Shown here one piece after another: positions 11,401 to 19,850 of a stretch of 64,000 bases of DNA (position 1 is the stretch's first letter; every line of letters starts with the position of its first letter). Both the position numbers and the translations under genes were made by a program. The DNA is from Giardia intestinalis (taxonomy: Eukaryota). The stretch is taken from the NCBI GenBank assembly GCA_000002435.2, contig CM018793.1. One strand, 5' to 3'. Under the pieces are notes generated by a model that did not search any database, was not told where the DNA came from, and saw only the letters and a program-made list of their open reading frames with translations.

Positions 11401-13066
11401 ACTCGCTAAGGTCTTCGACGCCGCTGACACCCACCCTAATCGTAGGCTCTGTACGTAGCGTAGATTCGTCGCTAACTTCCGTTGAGAAATGACTGGTGTC
11501 TGCTTTCTGGTACTTCTTACTGTCGCTATAATCTGCAGGATTGAAGTCCTTAGTAATGAGCATCTTCGTTAAGGCGCCGTTACGATCATCAAATAGACGA
11601 TTAAATATCAAATCCACGCACTTGAGAGTATTCTTGAACTCTTTCTCTGCATCCTCGACAGCTCCACTGAGGTCTGAGATGACGCTGTTGGAGTTGTATT
11701 CAGCGTAAATGTTATCCACCTCCTCGTCATGCTGCTGCTGCAGAGCCTTTATCGCGTCTTCCATCTCTGAGCGAACCTCCTTACATTGCTTCTCTAGACG
11801 CTCATTACGTTGCTCTTGCTCCTGTAGCTTTGCCATAAGATCTGCAATCTGGCCATCTGTATTCTTCGCTAGCATCTCTGCAAGAGTCCGCTCAGCTTCC
11901 TTAACTTTCTCCATAAGATCGGCCTTTTGTGCATCAAGATCTTTTACGTTTTGCTTGCGTAGCTGATCTAACTCCTCCTTGTGCTCACGTTTCAGTTGGT
12001 TCATCATCCCTTTCAGATAGTCTTCTCTCTCCAGGGAGTCTCTCAGCTCTGCAGATAGCTTAGTTATATCTCTGTCACGTGCGGCAAGTTCGCCTTCAAA
12101 CATACCAGAAGCAGATCTTGCCGCCTCAGTTAAGCTAGCTACTTGTGAATTTAAATACTCTATCTGATCATCGTAGTATGCCTTCTGCTTATCGACGTCC
12201 TCCTCGCAACGTGTGCGGAGAGCATCCGCTTCTGCTTCTGCCTGCTCTAAACGAGACTTCAATGCGTCTATTTCTGTGGCAAGCCGTGCAGTCTGGGTCT
12301 CTGCAGACTGCAGCTCTGCGCGGTGCTTTCCATCTATTCGCTTCTTCTCCTCATTGAATCTATCTGTAACGTCCTTCACAGCATGATCAATGTCTGCCTG
12401 TGTAAAGCCGCCGCCTGCTGATCCGGGCAGCATAACTGCGGTGGCATCCATCCCTGACCCAGGAGCAAAGTCAGGCTTGTAAAGACCTCCTATCCGGACC
12501 TTCTTTTGGAAAAGTTGCTCTCTCAGCATATTAATTTCCTTGGTGAGAGAGTCTCGAATTTCGTCTTTTTGGAGGCTTAGGTCTTTCGCAGTCACCTTAA
12601 GCGCGTCTAACTCCCGCTGCAAAGCAAGAATTTCTATATCCTGGCCAGATGTCCCTGCCATTTGCGTTGTAAAGCTATCAAAAATAAGAGCTTCGCGCGA
12701 GCCAATAAGCTGCCGGATGGTGGGTTCGATTATTGACGTTATCTTACATTGAAGGCTGGACATAACATCAGAGAAGTCTGCTACAAATATGGGATAGACA
12801 GACTTTGGACTTACGTGGTCTGTTCGCGCATCACATCCAAGCGAGGGTTCAAACATGACATAAAAGGGGTGCGAATTGACTATGTTCTTGATATCCAGCT
12901 CTGCGTCTCTAAACCAACGTTCTACCTCAGTGAGCAAGGTATCTACTGCCGTTCCCACAAAGTCCTCCATATCAGGTGGCTTATCTAATGCGGCACAATG
13001 TAGATCAAATGCATCAAAGTCTTGCGCAACCTGCGTTTGGTGACGCGAGACTGCGAAGCGCTCCAT
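8495..13066 (-). CDS. Large coiled-coil protein with a Ser/Pro/Gly-rich disordered C-terminal half and a CPRC zinc-ribbon-like motif
   Basis: 1523 aa from the first ATG (13066); the ORF track start at 13117 is GTG. There are long heptad-like E/K/L/Q-rich segments. The sequence aatttaaaaacagaa lies immediately upstream of the ATG. Confidence 0.6.
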   Translation of the reverse strand: MERFAVSRHQTQVAQDFDAFDLHCAALDKPPDMEDFVGTAVDTLLTEVERWFRDAELDIKNIVNSHPFYVMFEPSLGCDARTDHVSPKSVYPIFVADFSDVMSSLQCKITSIIEPTIRQLIGSREALIFDSFTTQMAGTSGQDIEILALQRELDALKVTAKDLSLQKDEIRDSLTKEINMLREQLFQKKVRIGGLYKPDFAPGSGMDATAVMLPGSAGGGFTQADIDHAVKDVTDRFNEEKKRIDGKHRAELQSAETQTARLATEIDALKSRLEQAEAEADALRTRCEEDVDKQKAYYDDQIEYLNSQVASLTEAARSASGMFEGELAARDRDITKLSAELRDSLEREDYLKGMMNQLKREHKEELDQLRKQNVKDLDAQKADLMEKVKEAERTLAEMLAKNTDGQIADLMAKLQEQEQRNERLEKQCKEVRSEMEDAIKALQQQHDEEVDNIYAEYNSNSVISDLSGAVEDAEKEFKNTLKCVDLIFNRLFDDRNGALTKMLITKDFNPADYSDSKKYQKADTSHFSTEVSDESTLRTEPTIRVGVSGVEDLSESLHDIDKSMSDRSGRATIPTNYLYKTVEKMINQQRMGKLANKHLNKSLKQLLAWSKAYANSKLVTNFGGDFGLSQLSVSTDNSMVKEDYGTKRKRHDLTGMYDAQTKITSGPHDDLGELRALRPLGADTELITSRIKEEDQDSRLLDSAGSSRKGGRTQKKGYGKSVKTTGSQDLTDADLEPPADQRTHDGYRNAYGNYATMPDREFADQFFTDEQGIPQLTVINSIVLSDPQLMSERIDNSYLNKSKEFHHADAASTRGGDALSDVQPSGPGSTLHTIQAVAPYDTEKSLSSGSGRRFVDVGVNTQICTTACDNVYFTSDKVPILMQASHRYECGDCLAIRNELSDPHTSQGSSRHTPVSGAYMPGQYYSSEGGGLCGGRSVEWRGIRSSDAQEETDRRNSVVIIRPTVNSAETNDELGKLPGYDDDKNATNNEFRQRTSIDTAMKDSTDHEHAEIHFVVNENGERFILCPRCGLRIPLSEIAKEMMINAGPPAFLFNNSPAAVPTKRGMEPLAPGTYLSEKELSRPPSSKEMLPTMSGRPSGSTKDVIGFGRPPPVDDHDGFTGTKYQPFPHKPFKIPHYPPFKPGARGGAYTNPNMEGVFTRILQRAEELRIRYLRKRELILQERKRTTERILRALSLLTDAPVVAQPTLVSENMGIFAVTPPVIRPQTAMSGSNSVNTSGRTTRMSNSANATFGGDKADKNLNRYLFGNLSKHEDYPAGGIGLEYDTYGHASADAPRRLSGGGPTSRMSSAKSTASAKTPFEYRQCILPQKQKPIDYVAKGRQTIAESNQTNGEVLARLNIPGRRPSTSQTPSLAPGSRRQSIHEPNSVVRTQASKSARPNVNETASKRRIQSAQVYGAGIMGDDNAQNTNNSINGREGSVDGFRGYATKGAGGSRRAHAASASDQYRPRSAYSAFPANALGDRSAHGSGKLSKQVGVHVQRTPTTKMSDVFDVLSTVGMVQKQ

Positions 13067-13143
13067 TTCTGTTTTTAAATTTTCTGCGTGGAATAGGAGC
13101 CATCTTCCGAAGCTCACCCACTAGTTGTCAACAAAACAATTTA

Positions 13144-13875
13144 CTAAGCATCGGTAGCTATCCCCAATGATTCTAAAGTAGGCATATCTGCACCATTCTC
13201 CAGTGGGGTGTCTGCGATGAACACACACTTAACACACTTGCTTGCTGTGTCATAGATCCTTTTTATAGTCTCCCAAGAATGTCGAATGTGTGTTGGAAAG
13301 CCATAAATGCCATGGCAAGTCTTGTCAAGGTACTTCTTCGTCTTGGGATCTGATGGATATCCGCTGCCCCACTGGGGCTTGATATTTCTGTCTCTAATAA
13401 CCTTAGCCACGATACTGGCTGCACCAGTGATAGGGTACTTCGCGTCTGCCTTTGCGCAAATTGTCAGAGCTATACTGGGCATCAATTCGCGTATGTATGC
13501 TGCATATTGCGATTCTGGGCCGACCAAGTCTATATAAACGTGCTCTATCTCATGAGATATGAAAAGTTGGTAAAGGAGGGAGCGGGCGGCCTCAAATGAG
13601 AGTAGGTTAAGTGAAGTCTTGTGGGGAGCCAGCATTGCGCGGCTAATCTGGTCTGCTGATACTATTGCAGTGTTGCATCCAAAATCCTCTTTCGGCAAAT
13701 CCTGCAATCTGTTGTAAATGTGCTCACGCGTATTTGCTGAGAGTGCCTTGGAGTCAGTTACTCCCAGCTTTTCTAAAATCCCTGTCTGATAGACCTCAGC
13801 TGGCATCCAGGCAATTCCATATACTAGTGGTCCGCACACAGGTCCACGACCAGCCTCATCGATCCCTACTATCAT
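13144..13875 (-). CDS. Ribonuclease H2 subunit A (RNase HII)
   Basis: N-terminal GIDEAGRGPVCGPLVYG signature of RNase HII/H2A. ATG at 13875, with only 34 bp to the upstream gene stop. Confidence 0.8.
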   Translation of the reverse strand: MIVGIDEAGRGPVCGPLVYGIAWMPAEVYQTGILEKLGVTDSKALSANTREHIYNRLQDLPKEDFGCNTAIVSADQISRAMLAPHKTSLNLLSFEAARSLLYQLFISHEIEHVYIDLVGPESQYAAYIRELMPSIALTICAKADAKYPITGAASIVAKVIRDRNIKPQWGSGYPSDPKTKKYLDKTCHGIYGFPTHIRHSWETIKRIYDTASKCVKCVFIADTPLENGADMPTLESLGIATDA

Positions 13876-13909
13876 TAATTTTTCGGATACGTGGTCCCTA
13901 AAACTTCAG

Positions 13910-16900
13910 TCAATCGAAGAGGAACTCTAAGAACTCTATAATTTCTACATGTCCCATTTTGTTTGCTATTTGACCTATTGTCTGACCAGCATTATCTACG
14001 ATATCGAATTCCTCGACAAGTAGTTTAACGCATTCTATGTGACCTGCCAGGACAGCGTGGATAGCCGCTGTCTGACCAAGGAGGTCCTGCTTGGTAAACT
14101 CATAATCGTGTAGAGCTTTGACAAGCTCAACATGGCCATGCTTGGCCGCGAAGATCAGAGCAGTATATCCATCGTCGTTTTGTCGCCGTATGAGAGAGGT
14201 TTCCATCTTCAGGATCTCACTGCAGATCTTCAAGATGCCATAGCGGGCAGTCATCATAAGTGCAGTGTCCTTTTTCCATGTAACCAAGTGTGTCTCTAGC
14301 GGGACAAGTAACAAGGCGCTGTTAACATTTCCGCTTTTGATAGCATACATGAGAGCGGAGAATCCATAATTATCTTGTTTTGTACACTCAACCGCCAGCA
14401 GTGCTCTGACAGCGTCAAAATTACCGTTTGCAGCGGCAAAGATCAATGCTGTCTGTCCTAGTTTGTTATGCATACCTTGCTCTATGGGGCACAGGACCTC
14501 CAGTATTTTCATCATCTGCCTGATTGTAGAACGTTCGTAAAGTACATAAGTGCTCTTTGGATACGATGCCTCTGCACCATGCTTCCCTTGAAGGATGCTG
14601 GTAGCATGGTGCAGAGCTGCTTGTATGGGCTCAATTTTGATACTGACTCTATGAGCAGTCAAAATAAGATGCATTAGGGCCGTATTTCCCTGGTTGTCTT
14701 GCATGCTCCCCTCCAAAGACGCCAGGACGCTAGCTACTGAATAATGAAGATGACTTACAGCGTACATGAGTGCTGTTTGCCCACGAATGTCTTTCATCCG
14801 GGCCTCCCATTTTGCGATGGTGAGGAGTAACTCTACATGTGTTGTCCAGGCAAGTGTACAAAGTTCATCCAATTCCTCCGGGTGACGTTTAATAAAACAT
14901 GAGGATATTCGCATAATCTTATCGCGCAGCATGATGCGGATATCTGTGTCTGCCTCATACTTATAGTAATCGGTCTCATCTAGGTAGTCACTGCTTGATT
15001 CATCGTCAAACTGAACCAAATTGTTGGGAACTCCGGTTCTTGTACTGATTACTTTCCCACTAGCACTGCATATTTGCGGACTTCTAGCAGACAATATAGT
15101 ATCTAGCGGCGCTGCTTCATAACCGGCAAAGGCCCTTAGAGCAGTACCTTGAACTATCTCCATACTTTCATCCTTTGGGTCTTTCTCAGAGTCCAATGAT
15201 GGGCTGTCACAAGTGGACACCTGATCGTTTTTAATGCTCAGCTTGGTGCCTTCGCTCTGACTTTTGCTTGTCCTGTTCATGGCAAACCGGCGCCTGGTCT
15301 GCTGCTTAAGCGCACGGATGCTCTGCTCTATGCTTTCCTCGTCACTGTCTAAAATATTCATCGGAAAGCTTACATTCACGCTTGCATAGGACCCTGTAAG
15401 TTCATGCTCAACCATGGTCACACTATACTCATGTGCACTGCTGTCTTCTACTCGTTGATCTTCAGCACTTGGGAGCACACCATCCTCTATCAATCCAAGC
15501 TTTTTTTGAAAGATTGTATTAACAGACTGCTGTGAGAGATTTGGATTGAGAAGATCAAAAAAAGTTTCTCGACCAAGACGCCTGAATAGCATTATATTTC
15601 GTTTAAGAGCACGTATTCGCTCTGCAAGGCCAACACCATGCTTGACTGCTAGCATAAGAAGCGTCTGTCCCTCGTTATTCTGCAACCCCGCCTCCTTTGG
15701 AAGAAGTCGGTCGATAGCACACAGGAATTGCCTCCAAGTTCTATCACGAATAAAATCATACAGGCTTTCCACGTCACTCCCATCCTCAATTTGCTTTAAG
15801 CGATGGCAGAGCTCCGTGTACATGACCTCCAAGGCCAGCATCGCAGCACTTGTCCCATCGTGGTCTTGCCGGCCACATTCATGCTCATGAAGCAGCTCCA
15901 TTACTAGGAAGTTCTTCTTTAGAATTGCTATCATATAGGCTGTTCGGCCGGGCTTAAACGTGGAGTCTAACTCTTGATCATTGGATATATCCCTGTTGGA
16001 CAAGAGATCAATGTTGGCCATCGATAGAGGTATCTTACTGCCACTCAAAGAAACGTCAACTATGCCATGTTTCCGAAGGTAGTGGGAGGTGATAACTTGT
16101 GCATGCTTGGGTCGTAGATGGTGGTGTACTACCGCTGCTGTTTCTTCGATGCTTCTTATTACCATTCCAACCTCTTTCTGAATGAGTACTTTCGTTATTT
16201 CGGGCATCTCATAGTAAATGCTTAACATGAGAGCCGAGATATTGTTGCGGGAGAAGATGCCTTGCTCATCGTTAACCAGTCTGGTAGCTATTCGATGCAT
16301 TTGATATCTGATACTGAGCATCAATGCAGTCCATCCTTCTGAATTCTGATACCGCTTCTCCGACTTGACCAGAAGCCGGGCGATCTTGAAATGCCCCTCC
16401 CTAACGGCAATCATTAGTGCTGTTTCTCCCTCGCAATTCTGAAGGCAGTGTTCTCTGTTGGCGAGCAGCTTTGCACACTCATAATACCCTAGCTCTGCAG
16501 CCATCATCAACGCACTATAGCCGCTGTTCATTTGCGCCTTTACTTCCATTTCTAACACGTAGTGCATGCACTTGTAGTTATTTCTCCTCACCAAGTACAT
16601 CAGTGCCGTTTCCCCCAAAGTAGTCCGACAGCATGTCTCTCTTTTACTAAGGAGTTTAATCATATCCTCGTTGTTATTGATGCATGCTAATATTAGTGCG
16701 GTTAAGCCCCGTGAGTTCTGCCTTCTGGCCTCTACCTCCAGCAACGTCTTTGCAGAATTTACTGATCCGTGAATTGTGATAAGCATCAGAGCAGTCATAT
16801 CTTCTTGCTTTGACAAAAGGGAACTTTCGTGCTCCATGAGGATGCGGATCAGCTTTATGTTCCCTTGCACTCCCGCTAACATTAGGGCAGTGTAGCCGTC

Positions 16901-17005
16901 AGCGTTGTACCACCCTCTACACCTATGCAACAGCCGGATTACCGTACCAGTGTCTCCTGCCAGAACTGCGCCAAACCACTCATTTGCTACTTGAGCCGAT
17001 CTCAT
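13910..17005 (-). CDS. Ankyrin-repeat protein (Giardia 'protein 21.1' family)
   Basis: More than 15 degenerate ankyrin repeats (TALM.A...GH...V..LL). First ATG at 17005; the ORF track start at 17008 is GTG. Confidence 0.75.
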   Translation of the reverse strand: MRSAQVANEWFGAVLAGDTGTVIRLLHRCRGWYNADGYTALMLAGVQGNIKLIRILMEHESSLLSKQEDMTALMLITIHGSVNSAKTLLEVEARRQNSRGLTALILACINNNEDMIKLLSKRETCCRTTLGETALMYLVRRNNYKCMHYVLEMEVKAQMNSGYSALMMAAELGYYECAKLLANREHCLQNCEGETALMIAVREGHFKIARLLVKSEKRYQNSEGWTALMLSIRYQMHRIATRLVNDEQGIFSRNNISALMLSIYYEMPEITKVLIQKEVGMVIRSIEETAAVVHHHLRPKHAQVITSHYLRKHGIVDVSLSGSKIPLSMANIDLLSNRDISNDQELDSTFKPGRTAYMIAILKKNFLVMELLHEHECGRQDHDGTSAAMLALEVMYTELCHRLKQIEDGSDVESLYDFIRDRTWRQFLCAIDRLLPKEAGLQNNEGQTLLMLAVKHGVGLAERIRALKRNIMLFRRLGRETFFDLLNPNLSQQSVNTIFQKKLGLIEDGVLPSAEDQRVEDSSAHEYSVTMVEHELTGSYASVNVSFPMNILDSDEESIEQSIRALKQQTRRRFAMNRTSKSQSEGTKLSIKNDQVSTCDSPSLDSEKDPKDESMEIVQGTALRAFAGYEAAPLDTILSARSPQICSASGKVISTRTGVPNNLVQFDDESSSDYLDETDYYKYEADTDIRIMLRDKIMRISSCFIKRHPEELDELCTLAWTTHVELLLTIAKWEARMKDIRGQTALMYAVSHLHYSVASVLASLEGSMQDNQGNTALMHLILTAHRVSIKIEPIQAALHHATSILQGKHGAEASYPKSTYVLYERSTIRQMMKILEVLCPIEQGMHNKLGQTALIFAAANGNFDAVRALLAVECTKQDNYGFSALMYAIKSGNVNSALLLVPLETHLVTWKKDTALMMTARYGILKICSEILKMETSLIRRQNDDGYTALIFAAKHGHVELVKALHDYEFTKQDLLGQTAAIHAVLAGHIECVKLLVEEFDIVDNAGQTIGQIANKMGHVEIIEFLEFLFD

Positions 17006-17033
17006 CACGTCCTCCTAAAGGTGCAATTTTTTA

Positions 17034-18539
17034 TCAGTGTCTCCCCAATGACATGGTAACGTCACGCTGAAGAGAAATGGTACGCCCCTGTTTGAGCACA
17101 ACCGTGTTGCTGGCTCTCAGAGCCAGAGAAGCCAAAAACAGAGAGGCTGCCATTCGTCTCGATGATCCGGCTAATTCTGAAATCGAAAGGGGTGCCGAGG
17201 ACTGCCTTAGCATGGACAGCAATGTCAGCCCACTTTCGGGTATACTATCATGTTTATGTGAGTGGCTATCACCCTGTGCTGAAGCTTTTTCATTGAGTGG
17301 CGAGGCTTCACTATAGTCCGGCTCTGGGGGCTCCTCACACCCCACGGGAGTAGTGACCATGCAGTCCTCCTCTGGAAGATCTTCTTGTCTGAAACATTTC
17401 CAATTCTCCGAGACAATGGTCGCTAAGTCATGATACTCTGGCTCAGACCAATTGAAAGTGATATCTGGTTTATTGACTACCTCTTGAATTGGATGCCTAT
17501 CTCTAAAGTCTATGAAGATGGAGGCTACTACTTGATCTGGTGGCCTATACGCATACTTCTGCATAGTACTGTGATGCATACGTGCCTGCTTATCGAAAAG
17601 GAATGATGGGGGTCTGGTTCTCTTTGCAGCGACTGTGGCAGTGCTGCTCTTCTTCGCTGGATTCTTTATCTCTCTAACGGTGACGGTAACATCTGGAAGC
17701 TTGTCAGAGGTATTGGCCAAGAAAAGGCTCGTCAACTTCTGCGAGGCCTCCAGAAATGCGCTGCCAGACACATCAAACGCGTGTTTGGACAGCAAAGAAC
17801 TATGCATGGCATGCCCAGTGACAACCTGGCTTGTATCGAGGTCATTGAGCCCAATTTCAGAGGTGGCACGTACAAGCTCCCCCTCGACCGCACGGACTTG
17901 CATGTCGGCGTCTGAATTATTTGCCAAAGAAATAGAGCCCATCATACTATCATGGAAAGGATCTTGTGATTCTGGATTGGTGAGGGAGAAGGGAACATTT
18001 GTTGCTTTAGAGAATGACAGTAGATCGCTTTCAGTATCTTCTTTCAGTAGATTGGCCCATACACCCCCTGGTAACTGGTGTACAAAATCGAGATTTCTTG
18101 GATATTCTTGGTCTTCGAGGCTGTCCTCTTTAGATTGAGTGCCAAATATGGAAGAGATCAGCGCATTATGCCGAGTAGTCTTATTAGCTACAATGGTAGA
18201 GAAATGTAATGAGAGACCTAGGGCTCGTGGGCCTGCACTCTTGGCCACTGCTGAAGAAGCCTTCCGAGTGGATTTGGCCAAGGACAAAAGCTGGTGCATC
18301 TTACGCGCAACGCTAAGCACAGTGGATGATTTGTATGTTTGTATCAAAACGACACCAGAGAGAATAATGGAAAAATCCTGCAGAGTGCTATAATTTGCTT
18401 TTAAAAGCACTTCTATGAGTGTCGCTAATCGGACGCTTCTAAGAGAAGCGCTTGCAATGTGGCCAGTAAACCCCGATGTCCATACAGTCAGCACTGCGGG
18501 GTTGTCCTGCGCAGACTCCTGCGGCTCGGCCACTGTCAT
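17034..18539 (-). CDS. Hypothetical protein (501 aa)
   Basis: Long ORF with ATG at 18539. It diverges from the kinase gene across a 15-bp AT-rich gap. Confidence 0.5.
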   Translation of the reverse strand: MTVAEPQESAQDNPAVLTVWTSGFTGHIASASLRSVRLATLIEVLLKANYSTLQDFSIILSGVVLIQTYKSSTVLSVARKMHQLLSLAKSTRKASSAVAKSAGPRALGLSLHFSTIVANKTTRHNALISSIFGTQSKEDSLEDQEYPRNLDFVHQLPGGVWANLLKEDTESDLLSFSKATNVPFSLTNPESQDPFHDSMMGSISLANNSDADMQVRAVEGELVRATSEIGLNDLDTSQVVTGHAMHSSLLSKHAFDVSGSAFLEASQKLTSLFLANTSDKLPDVTVTVREIKNPAKKSSTATVAAKRTRPPSFLFDKQARMHHSTMQKYAYRPPDQVVASIFIDFRDRHPIQEVVNKPDITFNWSEPEYHDLATIVSENWKCFRQEDLPEEDCMVTTPVGCEEPPEPDYSEASPLNEKASAQGDSHSHKHDSIPESGLTLLSMLRQSSAPLSISELAGSSRRMAASLFLASLALRASNTVVLKQGRTISLQRDVTMSLGRH

Positions 18540-18554
18540 ATTAAAAATTTAACG
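18540..18554. promoter_or_regulatory. 15-bp AT-rich bidirectional initiator region (attaaaaatttaacg) between divergent ATGs
   Basis: Minus-strand ATG at 18539 and plus-strand ATG at 18555. The whole intergenic region is 15 bp, 80% A+T. Confidence 0.55.
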
Positions 18555-19463
18555 ATGCTTAAGCTTCCTGAGTACAGGCATGGGAAAGAGGTTGTGTTGT
18601 CAGCATCAGAGTTTTCCGTTACTTACCGAGCCATCAGACTGAAAGACCTGGCCGATGTTGCTGTGAAAGTAACGGATACCGTGAAGCTGGCGGAATCTGG
18701 GCGTTCAGACTACCGTCACGAGTCTCGAGTACTTCAGAATGCAGTGCATCCGCATATACTGCGCGCTGTGTATGGATACTATGATGAGGAGACCAAGAAG
18801 TTCCTGTTAGAAACAGAGTACTGCCGCGGTGGATCTCTTTGGGGACTAATGGCCTGGATGCGGAAGAGTGATATGCGTTTTTCTGAGCAAGAGGTCTGGG
18901 AACTGTTTGCTCAATTGGTGAGTGCATTGCACTACCTGCATAAGACCAACGAGCACATTGGGATAACTGCGCATTTGAATCTTCGCCCTGACAACGTTCT
19001 TCTTACTCAAGACGGTATTTTGAAACTTTGTGGCTTTGGATATAGCGCTACTAGGGAGCCCAACAAGCTATTTACGCTGCGCAATCCTGGAACCGCCTAT
19101 CATGCCCCCGAGGTTGTAGCATTTACCAACTCTCAAGGTAGTAGTGAGGGGTACACGGAAGCAGCTGATATCTGGAGCCTTGGCTGCATGATTTATGAAC
19201 TCTGCACGTTTAGGCGCATAGAGAATGAGCCTGTATCGTCCTTCAACCCATTACCGGAGAACCTTGAAACACCAGGGTATGCGGATGACCTTCTCATCCT
19301 TATAAAGGCGTGTCTTGCTCCCAACCCCAGGGAGCGAATCACAGCAGAGCTTCTTATGGCCAGTCCCCCAATTCAAGCCGCATACGCTAGAATTAACGAT
19401 ATCTTGAAAGCAGGAAGAAAGTGGTCTGGGCTGATCATAGAGATGCAGCGTGAACTGCGTTAG
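18555..19463 (+). CDS. NEK-like protein kinase, predicted catalytically inactive (pseudokinase)
   Basis: Kinase fold with VAVK, HLNLRPDN in place of HRDLKPxN, CGFG in place of DFG, and APE-like HAPE. The glycine loop is degenerate. First ATG at 18555. Confidence 0.6.
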   Translation: MLKLPEYRHGKEVVLSASEFSVTYRAIRLKDLADVAVKVTDTVKLAESGRSDYRHESRVLQNAVHPHILRAVYGYYDEETKKFLLETEYCRGGSLWGLMAWMRKSDMRFSEQEVWELFAQLVSALHYLHKTNEHIGITAHLNLRPDNVLLTQDGILKLCGFGYSATREPNKLFTLRNPGTAYHAPEVVAFTNSQGSSEGYTEAADIWSLGCMIYELCTFRRIENEPVSSFNPLPENLETPGYADDLLILIKACLAPNPRERITAELLMASPPIQAAYARINDILKAGRKWSGLIIEMQRELR

Positions 19464-19539
19464 AGCACTCAATCATAAATTCATACTGTGCCTGTTCGCT
19501 GTGTTTGTTCATAAGGTAAAGGGCCCCAAAATAAAAATC

Positions 19540-19734
19540 ATGGAGGAGTGGCTATTGACTCTAATTGTGACGTTATCCATTGTTTCGTCGTCGCTTGTTA
19601 GCGCTACAATCTACTATACGGTTCGGTGTATTCGTGCGAAGAGGACTAAGCGCTCACACTCATCATCGCGTTCGCACTCCTCACAGCCGGAGTCTGATAA
19701 GAATGCCAGCGAGAGATCAGACAATATAGACTAA
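19540..19734 (+). CDS. Small single-pass membrane protein (64 aa), hypothetical
   Basis: ATG preceded by aaaataaaaatc. A hydrophobic helix LLTLIVTLSIVSSSLVSATIYY is followed by the basic sequence RCIRAKRTKR. Confidence 0.35.
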   Translation: MEEWLLTLIVTLSIVSSSLVSATIYYTVRCIRAKRTKRSHSSSRSHSSQPESDKNASERSDNID

Positions 19735-19850
19735 TTTCCTCGTGGAGTAGTCATCGCATCACTGGGTTCGATCTCTACTTCCAGGAATAAATTCTTCATC
19801 AGTTTGCGGGTTTTTAGAAAAGAGCTAAAAAACATTGCTGCAGCAGCCGG

